A DNA stretch of 63,193 nt, the filler included, from Globobulimina sp. (Eukaryota): assembly GCA_003354225.1 (NCBI GenBank). It is 27 parts of 27 records of this genome, joined end to end, with 100 filler letters (N's around TTAATTAATTAA, not from the genome) between each part and the next. Parts side by side here need not be neighbours in the genome. Positions count along the whole stretch, not along the records: positions 23,456 to 25,700 come from PIVH01007919.1; positions 25,801 to 28,044 come from PIVH01007920.1; positions 28,145 to 30,388 come from PIVH01007921.1; positions 30,489 to 32,732 come from PIVH01007922.1; positions 32,833 to 35,076 come from PIVH01007923.1; positions 35,177 to 37,420 come from PIVH01007924.1; 21 more parts are not named here. The stretch is one strand, 5' to 3'. The translations under genes and the position numbers were made by a program. The notes under the pieces were generated by a model that did not search any database, was not told the origin of the DNA, and saw nothing but the letters and a program-made list of their open reading frames with translations. Of this stretch, positions 24,369 through 35,423 are shown piece after piece (within the stretch, counting starts at the first letter, position 1; each line of letters starts with the position of its first letter).

Positions 24369-25640
24369 ATGTGTTTATGGACCATATTGGCGATGTCAGT
24401 ATTGGCAAAAGTCAGAAAAAAATCTGCGAAATCTGTTGAAAATTCATTTTTAAAACTTGGTGAAATTACGTGGAACTTACCACAACTCCTCATGACAATA
24501 GGTGGCATATTCACAATTATTGGAGGATGTGGATGGATATTTTGCGAGGTTGAATTTGATGAAATGAATTTATGGCTATCCTCAGACAAAGACAATTATC
24601 AATACAAATCCTACAACTTTTTGCAATCCACATATCCGCGCGAATCAATCTCATATTCATCTCAACCTTTTTTCTCATTTATTGCAATGACAAATGATAA
24701 TAACAATGACAATATATTGCAATCAGATATTTTATCACAGATTTATGAATTAGAGCAATTATTATTTAATTTTACATCCAATACAACAACGTATTTTGAA
24801 GTTTGTCATTTACCGCTCGAAAACGCAACATTTTGTTCCTCCGAACTAATTAATTTATTTTATTTATTTAATTACACTCAAAAATATGTGCAAAATCAAA
24901 CAATAATTGACGACGTATTAAGCGAAGGAAATTACAAAATTGACATTGAAAACACATTCGATTATGCTGATTATTTGGAAGTATGGTTTGGTCAAAATAT
25001 TTGGGAAAATTATCCTCAAAATATCCAACAAAATCATTCTTTAAATTATGCAAAATATATTACATTTGTTTATCATTTTCATATTAGACCAGAAACTGAT
25101 GATTTTATATCTGTTTTAGGTGCGAATATGCTGAAAGAAGTTCAAACCAATCCAGCTTTGTCAGATATAAATATTGTGATTGGAAGTTCTTTTTTAGTCA
25201 AACAAGATTTGGTTAAATTAATTATTTGGGCATCGTATTTATTTTTGTTTGCAATTTGTTGTGTTTTTGTATGGGTTTTAATTATTCGCAGTGGAATAAA
25301 AGGTATTTTTCATAGACCATGCATTTGGTTCAGATTATATTTAGCGATATTTATTATATTTACTGTGTGCTGTTCAATATTATTTGGATTTGGTTTAACT
25401 TTCTATTCAAAGAGAAAATTTAATTATGTTTGTATTTTAGTTCCATTTTTGTTGTTGGGGATCGGTGTGAATAATATGATGATTCTAGTCGATACATTTA
25501 CGCATAGCAATATCCATTACAATAAAAATGACGATATAACCGATAAAGCAAGGTATGACAAAAAACGCTGTATATATACTTTAGATGCATTTATTTTCGC
25601 AGTGTACTTTATTTCGGTGATAATTAACTTTTTGTGCTAG
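24369..25640 (+). CDS. Patched/NPC1-like sterol-sensing-domain membrane protein, N-terminal half
   Basis: TM1, a lumenal domain with an 'LW' motif, then SSD helices ending VPFLLLGIGVNNMMIL. Probable intron donor (AAG/GTATG) near 25553. Confidence 0.8.
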   Translation: MCLWTILAMSVLAKVRKKSAKSVENSFLKLGEITWNLPQLLMTIGGIFTIIGGCGWIFCEVEFDEMNLWLSSDKDNYQYKSYNFLQSTYPRESISYSSQPFFSFIAMTNDNNNDNILQSDILSQIYELEQLLFNFTSNTTTYFEVCHLPLENATFCSSELINLFYLFNYTQKYVQNQTIIDDVLSEGNYKIDIENTFDYADYLEVWFGQNIWENYPQNIQQNHSLNYAKYITFVYHFHIRPETDDFISVLGANMLKEVQTNPALSDINIVIGSSFLVKQDLVKLIIWASYLFLFAICCVFVWVLIIRSGIKGIFHRPCIWFRLYLAIFIIFTVCCSILFGFGLTFYSKRKFNYVCILVPFLLLGIGVNNMMILVDTFTHSNIHYNKNDDITDKARYDKKRCIYTLDAFIFAVYFISVIINFLC

Positions 25641-25800
25641 GACCTTTTCTATTTTTTGCAAAACTTAAATAAAAAAATGAAAGCCCAAACAAAAATCATT
25701 NNNNNNNNNNNNNNNNNNNNNNNNNNNNNNNNNNNNNNNNNNNNTTAATTAATTAANNNNNNNNNNNNNNNNNNNNNNNNNNNNNNNNNNNNNNNNNNNN

Positions 25801-27266
25801 GTGTTCTGTTGTTGTTTGTTATTTGCTGGCTTTAATGAATACATATTGGACTGCTTGGGTTCGAGCAGAAAGTATATCCAAATATAAATACAATACGGAT
25901 TGCTGCACATTGGCAGACACAAAGCCCGCAACATACATTGCCGCAAACGGTATAATATCGATAAGAAATCGTGTTTGTTAAATTGCTTATCTTTTCTATG
26001 TAGATTGGTGCGTTTCTCTTTGTGTTTTTGGCGTTGCATTTTGGCATTTTGTACATTAAACCAGTGATTTTTTGGCATACTAGTAATAGGCTTACATTTC
26101 CGCGGTTTTATATCAATATCGGTTGTAAAAATATAAATATCCTCATTCTGATAAATATGCAGGATTCCTTTGATATATTCCTCCGGTTTCTTATATAGCA
26201 TATCCGCTCCATTTATTTTTGATTTTTTGATGCATATAAACACCACCGGCAATAATTCCTTCTCTTCATAGGCAGTGTATACAAATTGATGTTTGTGATT
26301 ATTTCCTTTTTTATACAATTTGGAATGGATATACTTATATAATGCATTTGCGTCATACTGTTCAAATTGCTCCACACTTAGTTGGTTTTTTTTAGTATTA
26401 CTGGGTAAATTTTGTCTGCTGTTGATCACCAATTCGTGAATGGAGGGTGGGAGGGATAAATACCGCGCACTCCATTGGGTCCACGCAGATTTCTGTGAGG
26501 AAGGGAATAATTTGGAGACTAAACGCACGCGAAATTTATATTTGTGGTTTGGCCATATATGGTGACGGATAATAAAGGGAGAATTCTCTGCAATGAATGT
26601 GGAATCATGATCGTTTAATTGTGTTCTGCCAATGCCGCCGCTTAAGCTGTGTGATTTTTTCATAAATGGCGCGTCGTCTGTTTTGTGGTCATATGTATGA
26701 ATCCGATGGATTTCTGTTTTTTGACTGCGTCTTTTGGTGTGGTTGATTTTAGAACGCTTGGATTTAGATTTTGAGTGCGGAGCAACCCGTTTTATTTGAT
26801 AATTAATGACATATTGGTTTTTGGTGATGATATCCGATGGATATTGAATATAACATTTGAAATAACCGTTAAATGAATCTATTTTCATATTCGTTGGTGT
26901 GGAGACTGTGTATTTGGAGTTGTGTGAATTGTTTGTGTTTAGTTGTTGTTCTTTCCATGCTTTATATTTTTGGGCGTCTTTGAATTTTACCAATAGTTTG
27001 AAATTTCGCTTCGACGTATTCTCATATACTGCGTTTTTTAACTCGCCGTTTGATTTTATGATAATGTATTTATTTTTGCTAACTTCAAAGCATACGTTCC
27101 AACCAATTGTACCGATTTCTAATGGTAAGTAATATTTTGAATGAGGTATGACTTTTTGTTGGATCTCACGTTTTAAATCAAAGATATTTAAACCACAAAC
27201 AATTTCATCCAATGCCTCCTTTTCATCAATCATTGCGATTTCAAAGTGGTATTGTTGAACCGCCAT
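25801..27266 (-). CDS. Hypothetical protein with possible PB1-like N-terminus and FN3-like segment, 3'-truncated
   Basis: Long ORF; IWPNHKYKFRVRL...SAWTQWS resembles the FN3 C-terminal pattern. Likely start is MAVQQYH at 27266. Confidence 0.6.
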
Positions 27267-27306
27267 GCAAGGAAGCTCGGAAATTTGAAAAACTTTGTTT
27301 TGTATC

Positions 27307-28044
27307 ATGTCACTAATTGCTTCTTTCTTGGATGATGTGACCAATGTAAGGAAACGTTTGAATATATTTCAACAGCGTTATATCTGGAATTTTCATGTTT
27401 TGTTCGGTCCATTGACTAACGACGACAAAGATCTTTACACTGCAAAATATTCAAAATATATTGCCACGAAATATATTGTACCGTTACAAAGAGTGATTGA
27501 AGACTGTTATCCCAATGAAATAATACCAAGAGAGATATATGGTAAAATTGTAAAATATCAAGTTGGTGAAATTGGTGACCATTACGAGAAATGCTTTCAA
27601 TTAATCTGTAAATCACATTTTTGTTTACCAATTATTTTGGGATACCTTCAAATTGCTGTCATCACATTATTTGTTATTGTAACAGTTTTCGGATCAAACC
27701 AATTGCAAAAACATTTACATTGTTATGCATACATTAAAAACGATAATATATTTATTCATACATCCTTTGCTATATTGATCGTCTCATTTATTATTTCATC
27801 TCTTCATTTAATTGGTATTTTTATTTCATATTATAAATGCAACAAATATTCCAAAATCATGCATGAATTTCAAATAGAACTTTTCCAAAAAAATAATTCA
27901 TTTTTTTTACAGAATGATTGCAACAACATTTTATTTGCTTATATCTCATTTCAAAAATGGTTAAATATAAAAAAATTAGAATTAACAAACTATCACTTTT
28001 TATTTCCGCATAAAAATGCACCGCTATTAATGTTAATTTTATCC
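27307..28044 (+). CDS. Membrane protein of unknown function, 3'-truncated
   Basis: ORF with two strong hydrophobic helices, open to the contig end. Confidence 0.6.
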
Positions 28045-28178
28045 NNNNNNNNNNNNNNNNNNNNNNNNNNNNNNNNNNNNNNNNNNNNTTAATTAATTAA
28101 NNNNNNNNNNNNNNNNNNNNNNNNNNNNNNNNNNNNNNNNNNNNATGGTGAAGATGAGGAATATTTTTGTGGCGTATG

Positions 28179-29732
28179 TTATAAGAATGTTCCAATTGGT
28201 GAGAATTTGAATTCCTCTGCTTTCATCCGGAAACTCCGCAAATCAAAGGCCACCATGGTCGAGTTAAAAGACGCTCGGTTATGTTCCACGACCATCGAAC
28301 CTTTTGTTAAATGCTCTTTTGAGCTCATTGTGTCATCATTGAACGTCGAAGAATGTGTATTTTCCTCTTCGCGAGCCACATTATCCAAAATCAATAAAAT
28401 ACTCCGTCGCTCTGCGTCCATTAAGTCGTCGTCAATGCGCAGTGTGTTGCCATCAAAAGTGGCAGCATTTGAGATGAGGTCACAGTCATCCTCTATGCCT
28501 TCAATTGTATTAATATCGTGTTGCATTTCTAAACTCAATGTGTTGTTGTTATAACTGTCTGCTATCACACTCACTGTATGCGGCACAGTGAAATCTGGCA
28601 CATCCAACGAATGCGAATTGGAATAGGGAGATATTAATCGACCGGGATCCAACGAGTTGTCTCTCTCCAAGGTATCATCGCGTTGTTCAACCGACGAAAA
28701 CTGCAATGTCGGAATATTGGCAGTCCTGTTTTTGGAGAAAGTAAACAATCCGTTTCTGACCACAATGCAATTAAAATATACACAAAGCCATACATAATTA
28801 TATAAAAACATATTTTGCACAGTACAGTACCTAAATTTATGATTAATATTTGAACTCTCAATGTAGGAAATATCCGTAATCTGCGTCTGTCCCAAAACCG
28901 AGCCACTCGAAGACATCCTTCGTTTCGATTTGTAATTCTTATACGATTTCCGTACCCGTAATAACAATATGCACGAAGACAAAACTAAGATAGCAATCAA
29001 TGCAAACTTCCAAAACGTGTCCAAATCTGATTTGGAGCCTAAACTCATACTGTTTGCGACGTGATTATTATAGTTTGTATCCGAGGTTTGAGGTACAAAA
29101 TGGTGTGGAAAATCGCTTGTGTTTGCTGCAGTGTTTCCGGTTTGTTCTGTATTATTTATGTCTGTCTTATGTATTTGTGTCGGTTTGGTTGGTTCCATTG
29201 ATTCTTCCTCGCTCACTTCAGTCAACGTGTTGTTATCAGCATATATGTCATCTTCTGCATCATTACAAATCCAAAAATATTTGTTTTCTCCATTTGTATC
29301 GTCCCATAATAAGCTCGCACTGCCTCCCCATAGCCTGACATAGCGGTCAGTGGAGGCACTTTCTGGTCGCTCATCAAACCATGGATATGCGAATGAAATC
29401 AAATCTGTTCCGAAATCGAATGGTGTGGAATCAGACCAGGTATAGTTTATATAGTTGGTATTTGTGGCTATATTTACTAAACCTATCCAAAAATTGTTTA
29501 CTTCCTGATTTGTGGCAATGATTTTCGTGCGTAGCTGTTGGAATGTTTGTGAATCGTGAATGCTTAATAAGTGACTGTTATATGTAGATAAACAATGCCA
29601 TTCTGCACCGTTCCAATCCAGTTTATTGTCGTCACTCAGATACTCTTCATCTGTGGGTAGAATGTATGACTGTGTTAGCATAAACAGCGAATGTACGGAC
29701 AGTATGATACATAACACAACATTATGTGTCAT
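28179..29732 (-). CDS. Single-pass C-type lectin domain receptor-like protein; probable in-frame 75-nt intron 28830-28756
   Basis: Signal peptide, CTLD (LDWNGAEWHC...HLLSIH...FWIGL...YTWSD...WDDT...FWICN), then TM helix FALIAILVLSSCILLL followed by a basic cluster. Confidence 0.88.
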   Translation of the reverse strand: MTHNVVLCIILSVHSLFMLTQSYILPTDEEYLSDDNKLDWNGAEWHCLSTYNSHLLSIHDSQTFQQLRTKIIATNQEVNNFWIGLVNIATNTNYINYTWSDSTPFDFGTDLISFAYPWFDERPESASTDRYVRLWGGSASLLWDDTNGENKYFWICNDAEDDIYADNNTLTEVSEEESMEPTKPTQIHKTDINNTEQTGNTAANTSDFPHHFVPQTSDTNYNNHVANSMSLGSKSDLDTFWKFALIAILVLSSCILLLRVRKSYKNYKSKRRMSSSGSVLGQTQITDISYIESSNINHKFRYCTVQNMFLYNYVWLCVYFNCIVVRNGLFTFSKNRTANIPTLQFSSVEQRDDTLERDNSLDPGRLISPYSNSHSLDVPDFTVPHTVSVIADSYNNNTLSLEMQHDINTIEGIEDDCDLISNAATFDGNTLRIDDDLMDAERRSILLILDNVAREEENTHSSTFNDDTMSSKEHLTKGSMVVEHNRASFNSTMVAFDLRSFRMKAEEFKFSPIGTFL

Positions 29733-29912
29733 GGCAGAGGTTAGGAAAACATCTCAAGTTTTTAAGTGAAATAAATTGAGAAAGGTTAAATAAATATATG
29801 TGATATCAAAATAATACTCAAACAAAAAATATATATTATTTTCATATCAAATTAAAAATGAGATCCTGTTGGTACACTTGATAAAAATATTAAAATTAAA
29901 CAAACAAAAATG

Positions 29913-30388
29913 TTAAACCTCAACTGACACACTTTTCATATTCGCGATCGGTGAAGCAACAAATTCATCATTCCATAGAACCAATGCATCATTTTCATCA
30001 TTTCTAACAAATCCATCTGTTTCCTTCCTATTAAAATCCGGTTCGTTATAAAATTCTTCATCAGAATCATTTCTATCGTAATTATATCGATTAGTATGCA
30101 ATGATTGTAATCCCTCTTTTGTTTCATTTCCAGTTCGACTGTTTATTCCGCCATCATCCACCTTCACAAAACCATTGGTTTCCATTCTACGGAATTGTTG
30201 TTTCTCCTCTACATCTTCCACATATTCATCATCAGATTGATCAGAATCAACATAATATCCATCCTCGTCTTTTTGCTCTAAGTTATCATGCAATATATCA
30301 CTTTCATCAACATTAAAATCTGTGATTTTCCTATCATAATATAGTCCGTTTACGACAACACCCTTTGTATTTTCAAAAGAGTCGCCAT
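29913..30388 (-). CDS. Acidic C-terminal fragment with internally repeated 'ETxGFV' motifs
   Basis: Acidic ORF with repeated RMETNGFV / RKETDGFV segments; probably extends toward the contig edge. Confidence 0.5.
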
Positions 30389-30841
30389 NNNNNNNNNNNN
30401 NNNNNNNNNNNNNNNNNNNNNNNNNNNNNNNNTTAATTAATTAANNNNNNNNNNNNNNNNNNNNNNNNNNNNNNNNNNNNNNNNNNNNTGGATAAAATTG
30501 AGATGTTATTGTTTTGTTTTTGATTTTTTCTGAATTCCAATAACATTGCTTTTAATTAAACATGAAACTCCATTACGTACTATACCTATACCTAAACATA
30601 TTATATTTAGTTTTTTATTTTATAAATAATGTTTATCACGTACTGTTTCTGTACAAAGTCCAATTGTGTTGAGTCGTGCAAGGATATATATATATATATC
30701 GACAACATGCATATAACACCGTGACTAGCGTTTGTTACCTGACATTCTCACGTTTTTCTGTTGATAATCTCTGAATGATATAGTATTTACGCGAAAGAAA
30801 AAAACAATTAATGAGCAAAAAAAAATAGTATATTATATCAT

Positions 30842-31747
30842 TTATATGGTATGATGGGTTCTATCCGCACCCATAACATCGCCTTTATCCCAATGTTTTT
30901 TATGTCTCTCTGAAAACTGATCAAATCCTTCCAAATGAACATATTTTTTCGATGAATGCACCGGATTCTGCTCCATATCAATCCGAACCACATTGCAATC
31001 CACAAACAACGATTTTGGTATAGTTTGAAGACAATTATTTCTCAAATTAATTATATGTAAACTTTCCATTCCCGTCCATGACACTGGTAACTGTTTCAAT
31101 TGATTCTCTTCGAAATTAACAACTTTTAACGACTTTAAATGCGTAAATTCCTCACATAAAACTTGCAATTTATTATAACTCAAACCCAGTTCACTCAATT
31201 TTTTAACGCCTTCAATTATTTGCAAACTACATTCAATAATTTGAATTTGATTGTTTTTCAGCGATAATTCCTTTAATTTTGGTAATTTAAACAAAACTGC
31301 TGGAAAATATTCAAAATGGTTTCCAATTAATTGCAAAGTTTGCAGATTTTGCAAATTTATAAATGACTGCGGTAAGGCTGATAATTTATTGTTATTCATC
31401 CGTAATAATTTAATTCCTTTATACTTTTTCTTTTTATGGTTTGCCTTTTTTTCATCATCCACCGTATCATCAAATGTAGGGATTGACTCTTCATCGATAT
31501 TTTTGATGTTGTTGTCGTTTAAGTTGACAATCTCTAAATTATGAATCATGAATAAATTGGGCGGTATTGAACTATATTTACATTTTTCTAAATTCAATGA
31601 TTTTGTGATTTTAACTCTGTCCAATTTAGATTGTGGTATTTGCGCTTTTCGTCCAAATTTTATTGGTTTTTTGCTCGATTGCTTTGATGTACGGGTGCCA
31701 CCTTTGCTTTTTTTTGATGGTGAAGCACCGCCGCTTTTGTTGCCCAT
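30842..31747 (-). CDS. Leucine-rich-repeat protein with N-myristoylation-type start (LRRC57-like)
   Basis: Starts MGNKSGG; repeated LxxLxLxxNxL units. Confidence 0.9.
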   Translation of the reverse strand: MGNKSGGASPSKKSKGGTRTSKQSSKKPIKFGRKAQIPQSKLDRVKITKSLNLEKCKYSSIPPNLFMIHNLEIVNLNDNNIKNIDEESIPTFDDTVDDEKKANHKKKKYKGIKLLRMNNNKLSALPQSFINLQNLQTLQLIGNHFEYFPAVLFKLPKLKELSLKNNQIQIIECSLQIIEGVKKLSELGLSYNKLQVLCEEFTHLKSLKVVNFEENQLKQLPVSWTGMESLHIINLRNNCLQTIPKSLFVDCNVVRIDMEQNPVHSSKKYVHLEGFDQFSERHKKHWDKGDVMGADRTHHTI

Positions 31748-31817
31748 TGTCTGCTTTGTTCAAAAAAACACTTATAATAAAGTATATTTTAAAACATTTT
31801 CAGAATTAAATCAATTA

Positions 31818-32732
31818 ATGGATTCTACGACGGAAATAACAAATATATATTTCATGGGCGCTCAAGAAGGTGTTGGATTATTTGCAAATATATTATTACT
31901 ACTGTTGCTATTCTGGACATGCATTGCATTCAATAATTATAAACATTCATTCACAGCCTCTGTACAAATAAAAACATTTTGTTTAATTAGTATTATGTCG
32001 TACCTGTTAATGTCTGTAATATCAGCTTTCATGTTCAACAGTTTTATTATTCACGACACCTCGCCTCGTGCCTGCAAAGCAGTGTATATGAGCTATATTG
32101 CCACCTACAACATTGGTAATATATGCATGTACATAACAACCTCATTCCATATACAATCTATATTCCCTGCGTCCATCAATAAACTCTTAGCGATATCAGC
32201 TGATACAATGAACATATACAGAATTTTTTGTATAACAATTCCAACTGTTTTATGGTCCATATACTTATATTCTGCATTTGAACATATTGTTGTCACTGAA
32301 ATGAATCAATACAAATACTGTTATGCTAAACCAATGAAACCATTAATTATTCAAAATATATTAGTCACAATTACTGTTTTTCACATCATATTTATATCGT
32401 TTATGTTATTTACAATTGTTGACAAATCAATCAGTAACACAACGATTATAATACAGTCAATCACTGCGAAAAAGCATCAATTTGTTAAACAGCTTTCAAA
32501 ATTTATCCGTAAAACTACTGTTCTATGCATTGTCAATATAATGTCTACAGCGATATTATTGTGTTGCAGTGCTTTTGTGTTGCAGCAGTTACTTTTGTTT
32601 TTGATCGTGGATGGCATAGTTAATGTTTTTTGTGTTATTTGTTTATTAGATATTGGCGATAAGTTTTATAGTAAAACATGTGGCAAAATCGAGAGTGTAT
32701 GCCAATGTGTATATTGTTTGGATAAACGTTTG
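31818..32732 (+). CDS. 7TM/GPCR-like membrane protein
   Basis: Seven hydrophobic segments, Cys before TM3 (RACKAVY), final helix VDGIVNVFCVICL. Confidence 0.75.
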
Positions 32733-32832
32733 NNNNNNNNNNNNNNNNNNNNNNNNNNNNNNNNNNNNNNNNNNNNTTAATTAATTAANNNNNNNNNNNN
32801 NNNNNNNNNNNNNNNNNNNNNNNNNNNNNNNN

Positions 32833-35075
32833 CCACTTTGTATGAAAAGAACACCAAATTTGTGGTGGATAATGAGTCCAAGTTTTGGTGTGGATTTGGC
32901 GAATATTTTCTGAGTGAGAAATCCGAGGAAAAGGCGGCTTTTTTATCCGATTATGTGTTATTGCCAACGGGCTCCATCAATGAGATATTGTTGGCATTGG
33001 CGGTGATTGGGTTACCATTCAAATCGGAGGGGCCGCAGTTCATTTATCCAAAGAATACGGCCCAATCCGACGAGAAACGAGACATTAACGACGAGCACCG
33101 AAATGAGTTGGTATTGCGGGCCAGTTCGCCGACGATTGTGTTTGCGAAACAGCTGAAAGAGTCTCAGAAAACAAACATGTCCCAGATCTCCATCCATATG
33201 CATTACTACGATGCTCTCGATCAGTTTGCGACGGATGAGAACGGCGAACGAGTCGACAAGTTTGTGAGTGAATTCGTGCCCGGTAAGGTCTATGCGGGCC
33301 GCTCCATACTAACCAATGTGTCGTCCATCGAGCAGCAGATCGAGATATTGTCGCAGATCCCGACTGGCGCCATCCCGGTGGACAACGGCTTTAAAACGAG
33401 GACCACGTTCATGCGGTTGCGGCCATACACCACCAACCAGTACAAATTCTATTTTTATTTCCCCGCCGTGGGCCGTTTCAAGCAGTTCCCGGTCACCGTG
33501 AGTAAGAAAGGCAAAATCTTGGGACAGTCGGCGATTGAGACTGGCAGCAATTTGGTGGTGGCGGTGCCGGACAGTGAGAAGGCGGTCGATGTGCTGTCGT
33601 GGAAAGACGTGTCGTTGAAAGGGAGCGATGTTGCGGTGCTGCGATATTTGGAGCAGAATAATGTTTTTGCCACGGATTTGTCGCGAATCTATTGGCGCAT
33701 CCAAGGGAATAGAAAGTTGTTCGTGGCTTTGTGCGCTGTGTTGGCTTCGCAGTTGAAATACGACGCCAATGTTTGGGGATATTGCTGCGAGTTTGCAGAG
33801 GACGCGGCGTTGAAGAAATATTTGTCGATGACACCGCAGTTTGTGGCCAAATTGGCGCCGTTTTTCAATGGCGAAAAGTGGCTCGGTTTGTATGACGATG
33901 CGCTGTGTGGCAAATACGCGCATTTGGAGTACATTCCGTTGGTGAACGCGAGAGCGCATTTATTGGGACAGAAGCGGCAAATTTTGAATGATAAATTGAA
34001 GAAACAGTACGAGTCCTTTTTGAAGCGGGTCTCTTATAAATCGAGCTCGTTAAACGACATTGCTTCCGACGACAAATTGGCTGCAATCTATTACTTATTG
34101 CTTCAAGACCGCATATCGGAGGCTTTGTATATGGAGAAAACATTGGACGTCGCGGATTGCGTCGAAAACTACGAGTTGACGTATGATTATTTGACGGCGT
34201 ATATGGCGCTGTACAATGACAGCGACGACGCGAAGGAGGTCGAGAAATGCGTGGAAATGGCGAGAGACATCGCGGCCAAATATGGAAAGAGGGCGTTGCC
34301 GAAAAGTAAGAAAAAGTTGTTTGAAGATATCGAGCTTTTATTGGATGATTTGGGCGATGGCGATTTTCGAAGAGAGGAAGATTTTTATTCGGATTCGGCG
34401 CACGAAAAGAAAGTGGAAATGCATGATTTGGGCGACAGAGACCGCAAAATGCAGAAATTAGCGCAGATTACACCGAGTTTGGAGTTTGAAATCAAAGACA
34501 GAAAAGTTGTTATTTCGTCTCAATTAATCAAGAAATGCACCGTCAATTTTTATACCATGAACACCGAAGTCTTGTTTTCTTTCAGTCCCTTTCTTTCGTC
34601 GTCGGCCGCAAACGAATCGATATTTAGCTACATTGCGCCAAATGAATCGATCAATATTTCAGATCTCTCGGAGTCAGCGTCGGAGTCAGCGTCCAATTCG
34701 ATGGCGGTCGACATTCCCAAATCGTTGCAAAACACGAACTTATTTATTCAAGTGCTGTCCGACACCGTTACGGAGTCCGCGCCGTACTATGACCACCAAC
34801 TCATTGTGCACTTAACAGAGAATTGCGGACATTTACGAGTGTTGGACAGGAAGAAGGCGGGCCAATATATTAAGAGAGCGTACGTCAAAGTATATGCCAA
34901 AATGGATAATGGCGAAAATGAGTTTTACAAAGATGGCTATACCGACATTCGGGGAGGATTTGATTATGCGGCCATCTCTACGGATCAATTGCAGCGCGCA
35001 CAGAAATTCTCCATCTTGATTGCCACCGAAAAGTATGGCTGTTTGGTCAAAGAAGCCGCCGTTCCAAAGCAGTGA
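32833..35075 (+). CDS. C-terminal about 745 aa of a large conserved hypothetical protein (family shared by bacteria and protists)
   Basis: Intronless ORF filling the whole contig; conserved-looking motifs HLEYIPLVNARAH, QIPTGAIPV and AYVKVYAK...FYKDGYTDIRGGFDYA; more GC-rich than most neighbours. Confidence 0.8.
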
Positions 35076-35423
35076 CNNNNNNNNNNNNNNNNNNNNNNNN
35101 NNNNNNNNNNNNNNNNNNNNTTAATTAATTAANNNNNNNNNNNNNNNNNNNNNNNNNNNNNNNNNNNNNNNNNNNNTTTTGCAATGGATATCCCTTTAAT
35201 ACCAATTTTGAAGCCGTATGATCATTAATTTAGTATATAAGCTCCGGTGGGTTTATTGGATTTAAAGTAAAGAAATCCAGTAATCCACTTGTTAGAAATT
35301 ATTTTTTTTGTGTGTTACAATGAATGTTAAGATTCATTGTAATTTGTTGTATTGGCAGATAATTATTAATAATTTTTAATTTTAATTTTATTTTGAAAAA
35401 TTAACATTTTGTTCAAGTGCAAC

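Noticed and set aside
31548-31817. Apparent overlap of the LRR and 7TM ORFs (also 27295-27344 and 48615-48689)
   Set aside because: The extensions come from upstream or alternative start codons chosen by the ORF caller; more plausible ATGs at 31818, 27266/27307 and 48656/48675 remove the overlaps.
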